Assembly: GCF_963921235.1 (NCBI RefSeq)
Contig: NC_086108.1
Location: 83,206,001-83,270,000 of the forward strand
DNA: 64,000 bases
Direction: 5' to 3'
DNA from: Mobula hypostoma
Taxonomy: Eukaryota
A program made the translations under genes and the position numbers. Position 1 is the first letter of the stretch. Each line of letters begins with the position of its first letter. The notes under the pieces are model-generated. The model saw only the letters and a list, made by a program, of their open reading frames with translations, had not been told where the DNA came from and did no database searches. This document shows, in pieces, positions 25,401 through 35,328 of this stretch.

Positions 25401-26250
25401 TAACCGAAATATCTTCTGTATGGTTAATTGTAAAAAAAAGCTCAATCTGTTCATTCATAAAATTAACAAAGTCCGAGTCCTGAAGCAACAGCGAATTAAA
25501 ACGCCATTGTCTATTGTTTGGTATATTGGCCATAATTTTAATAGAAAGCTTAAGTGGAGCATGATCCGAAATGGTTATAGAATCATAATCACATTTAATC
25601 ACTGAAGGAATGAGACGAGAATCAATGAAAAAATAATCAATTCTTGAATAGGAATGATGAACATGTGAAAAGAAGGAAAAATCTTTTTCCTGAGGATGCA
25701 GAAAACGCCAAATGTCCGTCGACCCAGAATCAGAAAGGAAAAAATTTATCAAATTTGCAGATTTATTAGGTAAAGTCCGTAAAGGAGCCGAACGGTCCAA
25801 AGCTGGAGATAAACAGGTATTAAGATCTCCGCCCCAAATCAATGAAAACTCGTTCAAATTCGGAAACTGATCAAACAATGATTTATAAAATTCCGGACAA
25901 TCCATATTAGGAGCATAAACATTAACCAAAACTACTTTTTTATTAAATAGTAAACCACTAACCAGTAAAAATCTACCATTCGGATCAGAGATAATATCCT
26001 GTTGTATAAAAGTAACTGAGGAGTCTATAAAAATAGAGACACCTCGAATCTTAGCATTGGAGTTCGAATGAAATTGTTGTCCCTTCCAGAATTTGAAAAA
26101 ACGTAGTCTGTCCCCCCTCCGTACATGGGTCTCTTGTAAAAATAAAATTTGTGCTTTAAGTCTCCGGAACACTTTAAAAACTTTTTTCCTTTTAATAGGA
26201 TGATTAAGACCATTAGTATTCCAGGAGACAAAATTAATAATAGACTCCAT
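22474..26250 (-). CDS. L1 ORF2p (APE endonuclease, reverse transcriptase, CCHC), 1258 aa from MESIINF
   Basis: SWNTNGL, LQETH, NVYAPN, GDLN, SRIDY, SDH; PGPDG, YRPISLL, QGCPLSP, YADD; CDRC..HMFWSC; no internal stops. Confidence 0.97.
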   Translation of the reverse strand: MESIINFVSWNTNGLNHPIKRKKVFKVFRRLKAQILFLQETHVRRGDRLRFFKFWKGQQFHSNSNAKIRGVSIFIDSSVTFIQQDIISDPNGRFLLVSGLLFNKKVVLVNVYAPNMDCPEFYKSLFDQFPNLNEFSLIWGGDLNTCLSPALDRSAPLRTLPNKSANLINFFLSDSGSTDIWRFLHPQEKDFSFFSHVHHSYSRIDYFFIDSRLIPSVIKCDYDSITISDHAPLKLSIKIMANIPNNRQWRFNSLLLQDSDFVNFMNEQIELFFTINHTEDISVNTLWDTFKAYIRGQIISYSVALRKKQKQEEMAIVDKIKEIDKKYVMAPSEELYKQRTELQMEHSLLLSSSIVNQLKKTRSDFYVHSDKIGKLLANQLKSNYVKSQINQIYNQNDRLILDHVGINQTFCDFYSSLYQSESPRDSKYMNDFLDKLDFPQISQDMSSLLDTSITMDEIKNVIFSMNLGKAPGPDGFTVEFYKCFASLLIPWLYKVFEASLKLGKLPESFNRASISLILKKDKDPAQCASYRPISLLNVDSKVFSKLLANRLEKVLPSIISEDQTGFIKGRYSFYNIRTLLNIVYTPSQNVPECVISLDAEKAFDRVEWPYLFKVLEMFNFSLKFISWIKLLYHSPVASVRTNSLNSPFFPLFRGTRQGCPLSPLLFDIALEPLAIAIRESSNITGITRGLKSHKLSLYADDLLLYISNPERSIPAVLELLAQFGLFSGYKLNLSKSELFPINKHLPLYYKFPFKLINNYFSYLGIKITCKHKDLFKTNFLPLIDHITQLSSKWFPLYLTLIGRINAVKMFFLPKFLYVFQALPIFVPKSFFDKVDSKISSFIWQNKNPRLGKIHLQKAKRDGGLALPNFRFYYWAINIRHMKFWLLDRDILSIPKWVALELQSVQGYTLGSILGSSLPFDSKRLKQVSNPIVKYALRIWFQFRKFFDLNQFGLAIPILGNIFFPPSFTDRAFQTWKTKGILRFLDLFLDGSLMSFEQLSNKYNLSRIHFFRYLQVRNFLSTILSSFPMLPPIYILDSIINLNPCQKGASAMIYNIIMKLRKAPFDKIRVDWEQELGLTISVDDWGQILQLVNTSSICAKHSLIQFKVVHRAHMSKDKLARFYSHINPFCDRCSGQIASLTHMFWSCPTLETFWRDIFNIISKVLNIDISPHPITAIFGLPKISSNLSPSARRMIAFLTLMAKRCILQHWKELNAPTTFFWFSQTILCLNLEKIRSNLYDSSFKFEQIWGPFIRYFHLM

Positions 26251-26975
26251 AAATCCTAAAGTCAACCCATAACAAGGAGGATTGACAATAGGCGCGACCC
26301 ACAAACCCGGAGAGGAAACAGAACATACAAAAGATACCGGGGAAAAGGACGCAACCAATACTTCAATAATGTATATAGCCCAAAGAGAAACAAACTAAAA
26401 CGTGAAGCCCCTCCCACCACCCCCCACCCCAAGACCCCAAGGCGAAATCTAAAGCAGACCCGCCAGAAAGAAGCAAGCGCTAAAACTACCCCCATGACTT
26501 CCGGTATACGCTCCCTAAAAAAAAGGTATAAATATGAAAAGGGTCAGCTAATTGTAAAACAGTAAAAAAATAAGTAAAAAAAAGTTAGCTCAATTAAAAT
26601 ACACACAGAACAGAACAAAAGCCGGAAAGTATATATTAAAAAAAAACCACAATAAACCTCAAACTCATGAATAGACACAGCAACAGAAAAAAAAATAGGA
26701 TTATTAACATAAAATGATTATAAAAAGCAAAACAGAATAAAATTTAAAAAAAAACTACAAAATTTAAGGCCGCACAGGAAATACGTAAGATGACAAAAGG
26801 GAAGTAACCACTCAGAATCCCCTGGGAAAAGAAAGAAATGACGCAGTTAAAAAGAAAGTTTAGCAGCCATATTAAGAAATCGAAAGTAAACTTTTCTGCC
26901 CAAATAGGGCACAGAAAAGTTAAAACCAACCAATTCACAGCCTCCGATCAACGGAGAAAATTTAAAAAAAGGCAA

Positions 26976-27884
26976 TTAAGATGTTGAAGATGAAAGTTGA
27001 TCCAGATAACTCTGGGCATCCGATGGAGAATCAAAAAAACGAAGGGCTCCATCTAACATGCGAATCCTTAGACGTGCAGGGTACAGCAGCGCTGGTCTTA
27101 AATCCATCTTATAGAATTCCGACATCACGGATCTGTAACGGACCCGTTGGTCCCAGATTGGTTTACTGAAATCTTCCACGAATCGGAACTTAAGATCCGA
27201 AAAATCAATGAAACCTTTAGATCGAGCGAATCGAAACAGTCTCTCCTTGTCTTGAAAGTAATGAAAACGTAAGATAACATGCCTCGGTCTATCTGACCTA
27301 GACGAGTATGATGGGATTCTGTGAACACGATCCAGTAACGGTGGTTGGTCAGGAAATACAGTAGGGAATGCATCTTTTAAAAGTTGGGAGAAATATTTCA
27401 TAGGGTTGTTAGCTTCCACGGCTTCCCTGACGCCAATCATTCGTAAATTCTGCCGTCGCATTCTAGATTCCAAGTCAGAGTTTTTAAAAGTCAAAAAGTC
27501 AAGTTTCTTCTTCATTACATTAATTGTTTCTTCGACTTTCCCCATCTTAAGCTCACTTTGTTGCGCGGATTTTTGAAGATCAGATATAGCCGACTGATGT
27601 TCCGCAATACATGTTTGCATCTTATCAATTAAATCGGCAATTTTCTGGAACTTAGTTGAGATTTCCGTATGAATCAGGTCTTTAACAAAGCCCATAATTT
27701 CTGTACGAATCATCTCCCTAACAGAGGTTGAAATTTCCCTCTGAATTAACTCCGATATCGCTTTCAAAGTCACCGGTGATTCAGTCGGAGGGAGATCCGT
27801 AGCTTTCGGTTTAACCGGAGGTTTACCATCCTTGCCGTCTTTCCCGTTCTTAGACATAGCCGATATTAAAGTATAGCTGACCAT
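26976..27884 (-). CDS. L1 ORF1p (coiled coil, RRM, CTD); start at 27884 or 27857
   Basis: Heptad region followed by DLESRMRRQNLRMIGV, LDRVHR, PRHVILRF, EDFS, LLYPARLRI. Confidence 0.93.
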   Translation of the reverse strand: MVSYTLISAMSKNGKDGKDGKPPVKPKATDLPPTESPVTLKAISELIQREISTSVREMIRTEIMGFVKDLIHTEISTKFQKIADLIDKMQTCIAEHQSAISDLQKSAQQSELKMGKVEETINVMKKKLDFLTFKNSDLESRMRRQNLRMIGVREAVEANNPMKYFSQLLKDAFPTVFPDQPPLLDRVHRIPSYSSRSDRPRHVILRFHYFQDKERLFRFARSKGFIDFSDLKFRFVEDFSKPIWDQRVRYRSVMSEFYKMDLRPALLYPARLRIRMLDGALRFFDSPSDAQSYLDQLSSSTS

Positions 27885-30868
27885 AGAGAGAAAAAACTCA
27901 GAGGTAATGGAGCGAGTCAAGAACGCGACTTCACTCCATGAGCGCTACCGGAAGTCTCCCACATATCTCAACTCCATTTTATCATCCCTGGTTCAATACC
28001 TTACCACCTACATCCACGACACTTCACATGCGCTTGATCTCCTCAACAATTTTCAACTCCCAGCCCCTGACTGCCTCATTTTCACCATGGATGCCCAGTC
28101 ACTATATAGTCAAGAAGGCCTTAAAGCTCACTGCTTCTTTCTCACAGCAGACCTGACCAGTTCCCCTCCACCAGCACCTTCCTTCATCTGGCAGAAGTGG
28201 TCCTCACACTCATCAATTTCTCTTTCAACTCTTCCCATTCTTTCCAGTCTCGTGGTGTAGCCATGAGCACCCACATGGGCCCCAGCTATGCTTGCCTTTT
28301 CAATAGCTATGTGGAACAGTCCATGTTCCAAACCTTCCCTGGTTATGCTTCTCAACTCTTTCTGTGCTACATTGACTGAGCTTGTCAATTTCATCAACTT
28401 TGCCTCCAATTTCCACACTGCCCTCAAATTCACTTGGTGTATTTCTGAGACCTCTCTCCACTTTCTCAATCTCTCTGTCTTTATCTGTGGAGACAAAATG
28501 TCTACTGATTTCTTTTATAAACCTACCAACTCCCATAGCTATCTTGATTATATCCCTTCCCACACCATCTCCTTTAAAAATGCCATACCCTTTTCTTAGT
28601 TCCATCATCTCCACATCATCTGTTCCCAGGATGAGGGTTTCCTTTCCAAGACATTACAGATGCCCTCCTTCTTCAAAGAATGGGGTTTCCATAACTTCAC
28701 CATTGATGGTGCCCTCAGCTGCATCTCCTCCATTTTCCAGACATCCACCCTTACCCCATCTTTCCACCACCTTAACAGAAGAGTTTCTCTTGTCCTCATC
28801 TACCACCCCATGAACTTCAGCATCTCCACAACTTCCACTATTTTCAGCGTAACCCTATCGCCAAATACACCTTTACCTCCCCCCACCTCCACTTTCCAAA
28901 AGCATCGCTTCCTCTCTGATTCCTTTGTTCATTCATCCCTCCCCACTAATTTTCTTCCCGACACTTATCAGGCAAGCAGACGTGTTATACCTGCCCTTTC
29001 ACCTCCCTGCTCACCTCCATTCAGGGCCCCAAAAAGTCCTTCCAGGTGAGGCAAAGTTTCATCTGTAAATGGTCGTCTAATGTATCTGTGCTCCTGATGC
29101 TCCTTCCTCTACATTGGTGGGACCGAACATAGATTCAGGGACCACTTTGTCAAGCACCTTCCCTTCATGCGCAAAAAGCAGGATTTCCCAGCGGCCAAAC
29201 ACTTTAACTTCAATCTTCATTTCCATTCTTATATGTTGGTCCATGGCCTCCTCTACTGCCATGATGAGGCCACTGTCAGGCTGGAGGAACAACACCTCAT
29301 ATTCTATCTGGGTAGCCTTCAACCTGATGGTATGAGCATCAACTTCTCCAACTTCTTTTATTTTTCCCCTCCTCCTTCCTTCTATTTCCATTCCACACCT
29401 TGGCACCCCTCTTGCCTCTTCTCTTCTCTTTATCTGCCTATCACCTCCCCCTGATGTCCCTCCTTTTTTGCTTTTCCCCGTGGTCCACTCTGCTTTCCTA
29501 TTGCATAGATTCCTTCTTCTCCAGCCTTTTACCTTTTCCAGATATTATCTCACAGCACCTTACTTCTTCCACCCTCCCCAACCAGCTGGTTTCACCTATC
29601 ACCTAGCTCGTAGTCCTTCCCCTTCCCTCACCACCTTATTCTGTCCTCTACCTCATTATTTTACAAAGCTGATGAAGGGCCTTGACCTGAAACATTGATT
29701 GTTTATTCACTTCTGTAGATGCTGTCTGACCTGCTGAGCTCCTCCAGCGTGTTGTCTGGATCTGCAGCATCTCTTGTGTTCGTGATGTTGATTCTTATGC
29801 TGATTCCATAGAGGTACAGTGATAAGAAGGTTGAGAAAGGACAGTTAATGGCAATTAGACAGTGGTCCCTTTGCCCATGTTTGAACTAATGCCATGTAAC
29901 TTCCTGGGTCTGAAATCAATGCTGAGTATAGATAGACACGTATGTGGTGAGATAGAGTTGATTTCTGTGCTATGACTTCCTAGGACACCAATAGATAGTT
30001 AATCTCTGGAAATCTCCACCCAACAGTGCTGTAAAGACTCAGTCACAGAGTATATTCAGGGACTGTTACATATTAAAAGAATCAAGGGCTATAAGCACAG
30101 TGCTGAGGTAAATTATCAGCCATGATCTTATTGAATGGTGAAGCTGGCCCGGGGAACCAAATAATATACTTTCGGTTCTAATTCATATGTTCTTGAATGA
30201 AATTTATATCCACATTGCCATTCATCTGAATAAATCCCTGAGAGAAAAGACATTGGAAAGACATTTCCTGCCATCTATCTGTTTTATTTATCTCACATAT
30301 CTTTTAGAGTTCTTCACAACTGATTTTATCATGTCTAATGAATCAAAACTATCATCCAGCAGCTAACATATTTGTAGAGTTTAACTGTAAGACCCAGTCA
30401 CTGCCTCCTATGAATTCTAATCTTCCTTCCTCATTTATTTTCTATGCAATTTTACAGTAGAGGTCATTGGATAAATTAAATTCTCAATGGAATGAGCAAT
30501 GTACTGTATCAGGAAGATATGTGGAAATATTAAAGCCCACTGTGTGATACATTTACCTCAGTTCCAGGCCTCCCCTATCTAATTTATTTTATTTTCCTTC
30601 ATTAAAAACATCGCTAAATATTTTGCCTGGAAAATGTAATTATTTCTCCATCTTACAATTTTAAATTGAACTGTGGAGAGATGACTGAGGAATGAGCAAA
30701 TACCTCCCTATTTTGATTGAATTTTTGAAAATACTGACTGGAGATCTATTCGATGGTTTAAAAGCTATATTTTTATCGTTTGAGCTTTGGTTGGCTCAAA
30801 TAATAACTCCAAGTTCATTTATTGTGCGATTTGCACAGTGTCTAAAGAACAGACAGTTACTGAAATTG

Positions 30869-30947
30869 GTTGCCATAGTAATGGGTTACCATAGCAATCA
30901 ACATAGCAGTCTACTAGGGAAAGATGGTGTTGTCCTGCAAATAAACA
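30869..30947. promoter_or_regulatory. Candidate enhancer/promoter: tandem RFX X-boxes plus a forkhead site
   Basis: GTTGCCATAGTAAT (30869-30882), GTTACCATAGCAAT (30885-30898), AAATAAACA (30939-30947), in non-repetitive DNA. Confidence 0.55.
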
Positions 30948-31733
30948 CAGTGGTATGCCTTTAGGAACATTTCACCAATCTCCTATAAATGTCCATGGGG
31001 AGAAAGGAGGTAAAATAAGTACAATTCCACTAATTTAAAATATTATCCATGCAGAAGGCTGCACTAATAAATTCAAAGGCATTCTACCATATTTTTACCA
31101 TGAAAAATATTCAGTGGTTAATGAGTGGTATTGCTGAAGTCTTGGGTTAAGCATGCAAACATTGTTTGAAGAATGACTGCACATCTATTGCTGTTCATTA
31201 AAAAAATGTGGAAAATTGCCTAGGTTTGTCTTGATGAGGCCAACAGAGCTATTTACCATGCAATTAACTACTGTACTCTGGGTCATTAACAAAATGATGG
31301 ATGTTATCTAAAATAGTGCTGTGAAGCAGCACTTACCTCCAGTAATCTGATCACCGTGGCCCAGATTACATTTCACCAAGACTACGCAGATCCAGTCCTC
31401 ATTACAGACTTGGTCCAAACACCTGGATTCCAGAGCTGAGGTGAGATTGACTGTGCTTGACATTGAAACAAAATGGGATAAAATGTGACATCAAGAAGCC
31501 CTGGCAAAACTAAGGTCAGTGGGCTTTGAGAGGAAAACTTTGGAGCTAGGTACAGCAAGGCTGCACAATGGCTGAAATCTGTACCATCTACAAAATATAC
31601 TTCAGCTACAGTACTGTGCAAAAGTCTTAGGCTTATGTAAAACAAAGCTCTGGAACACATTCGAAGTGATTGCGCAACCACCAACTGCGACTCCAGCCTT
31701 GAACTCCAGGCCGGGTCTTTATGTGCTGCTATT

Positions 31734-34097
31734 GTGACTCCCGCCTCCCCTTCCCCCACCACCACTCTGCAATCCCATCTCCTTCAGATCCCACCGTCAG
31801 CTCCTGGGCCCTCAGAGGCTCCATCTTCCTCTCACCCCAACCCTCCCGTCTCCATTGACACCCCCAGCCTCCCCCCTCCCCCCTCTAATCCCAGCTCTCA
31901 TCCGTGCCGGGTCTTTACCATCCCCTCCGACCTTCAACTGTCGGAGGCAGAGCGCTCTGTCCTCAGTAAGGGCCTCACGTTTGTCCCCCTTCGCCCACAC
32001 CTCAGCGAGTTCCGTGTTTGCCACGATGCGGAACTTTTCTTCCGTCGTCTCCGTCTCCGAGCCTACTTCTTCGGCAAGGACTCTTCCACGCCCACCGATG
32101 ACCCCTTCTCCCGTCTTCAACCCTCCTCTTCTTCATGGACACCCCGCTCTGGTCTTCTGCCTGCTCTGGATCTCTTTATTGCTAACTGCCGGCGGGACAT
32201 CAACCGTCTCGACTTCACCGCACCTTGTCCCCATTCCAACCTCACTCCTTCGGAACGCTCTGCTCTCCACTCCCTCCGCACTAATCCTAACATTATTATT
32301 AAACCCGCTGATAAAGGGGGTGCTGTTGTAGTCTGGTGTACTGACCTCTACCTTGCCGAGGCACAGCGACAACTCGCGGATACCTCCTCTTATTTACCCC
32401 TCGATCGTGACCCCACTAAGGAGCACCAGGCCATTGTCTCCCACACTATCACCGACTTTATCCGCTCAGGGGATCTCCCATCCACTGCTACCAACCTTAT
32501 AGTTCCCACACCCCGCACTTCCCGTTTCTACCTCCTACCCAAGATCCACAAACCTGCCTGTCCTGGCCGACCTATTGTCTCAGCTTGCTCCTGCCCCACC
32601 GAACTCGTTTCTGCATACCTCGACACTGTTTTATCACCCCTTGTTCAATCCCTTCCGACCTATGTTCGTGACACTTCTCATGCTCTTAAACTTTTCGATG
32701 ATTTTAAGTTCCCTGGCCCCCACCGCTTTATTTTCACCATGGATGTCCAGTCCTTATATACTTCCATTCCCCATCAGGAAGGTCTCAAAGCTCTACACTT
32801 CTTTTTGGATTCCAGACCTAATCAGTTCCCCTCTACCACCACTCTGCTCCGTCTAGCGCAATTAGTCCTTACTCTTAATAATTTCTCCTCTGGCTCCTCC
32901 CACTTCCTCCAAACTAAAGGTGTAGCTATGGGCACCCGTATGGGTCCTAGCTATGCCTGCCTTTTTGTTGGGTTTGTGGAACAATCTATGTTCCGTGCCT
33001 ATTCTGGTATCTGTCCCCCACTTTTCCTTCGCTACTTCGACGACTGCATTGGCGCCGCTTCCTGCACGCATGCAGAACTCGGTGACTTTATTAACTTTGC
33101 CTCCAACTTTCACCCTGCCCTCAAGTTTACCTGGTCCATTTCCGACACCTCCCTCCCCTTTCTAGATCTTTCTGTCTCTGTCTCTGGAGACAGCTTATCC
33201 ACTGATGTCTACTATAAGCCTACTGACTCTCACAGCTATCTGGACTATTCCTCTTCTCACCCTGTCTCTTGCAAAAACGCCATCCCCTTCTCCCAATTCC
33301 TCCGTCTCCGCCGCATCTGCTCTCAGGATGAGGCTTTTCATTCTAGGACAAGGGAGATGTCTTCCTTTTTTAAAGAAAGGGGCTTCCCTTCCTCCACTAT
33401 CAACTCTGCTCTCAAACGCATCTCCCCCATTTCACGTACATCTGCTCTCACCCCATCCTCCAGCCACACCACTAGGAATAAGGTTCCCCTGGTCCTCACC
33501 TACCACCCCACCAGCCTCCGGGTCCAACATATTATTCTCCATAACTTCCGCCACCTCCAATGGGATCCCACCACTAAGCAAATCTTTCCCTCCCCCCCCT
33601 CTGCATTCCGCAGGGATCACTCCCTACACAACTCCCTTGTCCATTCGTCCCCCCCATCCCTCCCCGCTGATCTCCCTCCTGGCACTTATCCGTGTAAGCG
33701 GAACAAGTGCTACACATGCCCTTACACTTCCTCCCTTACCACCATTCAGGGCCCCAAACAGTCCTTCCAGGTGAGGCACCACTTCACCTGTGAGTCGACT
33801 GGGGTGATATACTGCGTCCGGTGCTCCCGATGTGGCCTTTTATATATTGGCGAGACCCGACGCAGACTGGGAGACCGCTTTGCTGAACATCTACGCTCTG
33901 TCTGCCAGAGAAAGCAGGATCTCCCAGTGGCCACACATTTTAATTCCACATCCCATTCCCATTCTGACATGTCTATCCACGGCCTCCTCTACTGTAAAGA
34001 TGAAGCCACACTCAGGTTGGAGGAACAACACCTTATATTCCGTCTGGGTAGCCTCCAACCTGATGACATGAACATCGACTTCTCTAACTTCCGCTAA
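31734..34097 (+). CDS. PLE polyprotein: RT + Cys-rich linker + GIY-YIG endonuclease (N-terminus probably missing; frame opens at GTG)
   Basis: KPADKG, YLLPKIHK, MDVQSLYTSIP, GVAMGTRMGPSYA, RYFDD, PFLD, YKPT; CKRNKCYTC; VIYCVRCSRCGLLYIGET. Confidence 0.92.
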   Translation: MTPASPSPTTTLQSHLLQIPPSAPGPSEAPSSSHPNPPVSIDTPSLPPPPSNPSSHPCRVFTIPSDLQLSEAERSVLSKGLTFVPLRPHLSEFRVCHDAELFFRRLRLRAYFFGKDSSTPTDDPFSRLQPSSSSWTPRSGLLPALDLFIANCRRDINRLDFTAPCPHSNLTPSERSALHSLRTNPNIIIKPADKGGAVVVWCTDLYLAEAQRQLADTSSYLPLDRDPTKEHQAIVSHTITDFIRSGDLPSTATNLIVPTPRTSRFYLLPKIHKPACPGRPIVSACSCPTELVSAYLDTVLSPLVQSLPTYVRDTSHALKLFDDFKFPGPHRFIFTMDVQSLYTSIPHQEGLKALHFFLDSRPNQFPSTTTLLRLAQLVLTLNNFSSGSSHFLQTKGVAMGTRMGPSYACLFVGFVEQSMFRAYSGICPPLFLRYFDDCIGAASCTHAELGDFINFASNFHPALKFTWSISDTSLPFLDLSVSVSGDSLSTDVYYKPTDSHSYLDYSSSHPVSCKNAIPFSQFLRLRRICSQDEAFHSRTREMSSFFKERGFPSSTINSALKRISPISRTSALTPSSSHTTRNKVPLVLTYHPTSLRVQHIILHNFRHLQWDPTTKQIFPSPPSAFRRDHSLHNSLVHSSPPSLPADLPPGTYPCKRNKCYTCPYTSSLTTIQGPKQSFQVRHHFTCESTGVIYCVRCSRCGLLYIGETRRRLGDRFAEHLRSVCQRKQDLPVATHFNSTSHSHSDMSIHGLLYCKDEATLRLEEQHLIFRLGSLQPDDMNIDFSNFR

Positions 34098-34393
34098 GGC
34101 CCCACCTCCCCCTTGTACCCCATCCATTACTTATTTTTATACACACATTCTTTCTCTCATTCTCCTTTTTCTCCCTCTGTCCCTCTGAATATACCTCTTG
34201 CCCATCCTCTGGGTCACCCCCCCCCCTTGTCTTTCTTCCCGGACCTCCTGTCCCATGATCCTCTCGTATCCCCTTTTGCCTATCACCTGTCCAGCTCTCG
34301 GCTCTATCCCGCCCCCTTTTGTCTTCTCCTATCATTTTGGATCTCCCCCTCCCCCTCCAACTTTCAAATCCCTTACTCACTCTTCCTTCAGTT

Positions 34394-34429
34394 AGTCCTG
34401 ACGAAGGGTCTCGGCCTGAAACGTCGACT
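34394..34429 (+). ncRNA. Minimal type I hammerhead ribozyme
   Basis: agtc-CTGACGA-agggtctcggcct-GAAA-cGTC^gact: stem I agtc/gact, intact core, palindromic ACGT stem III; predicted cut after 34425. Confidence 0.85.
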
Positions 34430-35195
34430 GCACCTCTTCCTACAGATGCTGCTTGGCCTGCTGCGTTCACCAGCAACTTTGATGTATGTTGCTTGAATTT
34501 CCAGCATCTGCAGAATTCCTGTTGTTTGCTCTGTAAAGCAAAGATGCTTTTTAAAGTAATGGAATGAAAAGTTCAAATATCAAAAGAAACTATAAAGAGC
34601 AGTAAACAGTAAAAATCTAAATTGGATTAATATTTGGTGTGACTATCCTTTGCTTTTAAAACTGCATCAATTCTCTTTGATCCACTGTCATGCAGTTTTA
34701 TTTAAAAAAATGACTAGTAGGTTGGTCTAAGTATCTTGCCACAGTTCTTCTGCAGATTTTGGCTGTCTCATTTGCTTTAGCTTCTCGAAGTGATCCCAGA
34801 GAGCCTCAATGAATGTTGAGATCAAGGCTCTATGGAGGGCATGCCATCGGAAACTATATAAAAAATCTAGGGTGCCTAAGATTTTTGCACAAATCTGTAG
34901 TTCTTCTGAGTACACCGACAGTATGTCCCAAAGCCGTGACTTGCACTACTGAGAAGGATAAGGGATTCAGTCACATGGGAGCACCACTGGCACAAGAGGC
35001 TGAAGATACTAGAATGTGGAACAATAAATAAATTGCTTGAAAATTCAAAGAGTCAAGTAGTAACTGGGAGGCAAAGGGTTTACAAAAAGCACCACCATAT
35101 TCAACACAAAATAATCTGCAGATGCTGGGATCAAAGCAACACTCACAACACGCTGGAGGAACTCAGCAGGTCAGGCAGCATCCGTGGAAACGATG

Positions 35196-35231
35196 AGTCG
35201 ACGTTTCGGGCCGGAACCCTTCGTCAGGACT
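35196..35231 (-). ncRNA. Minimal hammerhead ribozyme
   Basis: Minus strand reads agtc-CTGACGA-agggttccggccc-GAAA-cGTC^gact. Confidence 0.85.
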
Positions 35232-35292
35232 GAAGAGGGAAGGGGCAGACACCACAGACACAGACACAGACACCACTGCCCCTTCCCTCTTC

Positions 35293-35328
35293 AGTCCTGA
35301 CGAAGGGTTCCGGCCTGAAACGTCGACT
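35293..35328 (+). ncRNA. Minimal hammerhead ribozyme
   Basis: agtc-CTGACGA-agggttccggcct-GAAA-cGTC^gact. Confidence 0.85.

Larger units (their letters stand above)
22114..27960 (-). mobile_element. Full-length L1 retrotransposon
   Basis: 5' gggagacttccgg, ORF1, 725-bp spacer, ORF2, AATAAA (22134-22139), A-rich tail; TSD (c)acatatctc at 22104-22113 and 27960-27969. Confidence 0.97.
22037..29785 (+). mobile_element. Older degenerate Penelope-like element (22037-22113 plus 27961-29785), split by the L1
   Basis: LPKIDNPDC..RPIVS..TYL | NSILSSLVQYLTTYIHDTSHAL is colinear with ORF 31734-34097; decayed HHR at 29669-29699. Confidence 0.9.
31648..34531 (+). mobile_element. Young 5'-truncated Penelope-like element (Neptune-type)
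   Basis: RT + GIY-YIG ORF, 3' repeat with HHR, CpGs retained; TSD tgtaaa(a/g)caaag at 31636-31647 and 34532-34543. Confidence 0.93.
31609..34897. mobile_element. Non-autonomous Tc1-like element hosting the PLE
   Basis: TA|cagtactgtgcaaaagtcttagg ... cctaagatttttgcacaaatctg|TA. Confidence 0.8.

Noticed and set aside
26251..26358. N-terminal extension of L1 ORF2
   Set aside because: Non-ATG start; APE homology begins at MESIINFVSWN.
30692..30964. 90-aa ORF over the X-boxes, or a kncn coding exon
   Set aside because: No similarity to kinocilin or to any protein I recognise.
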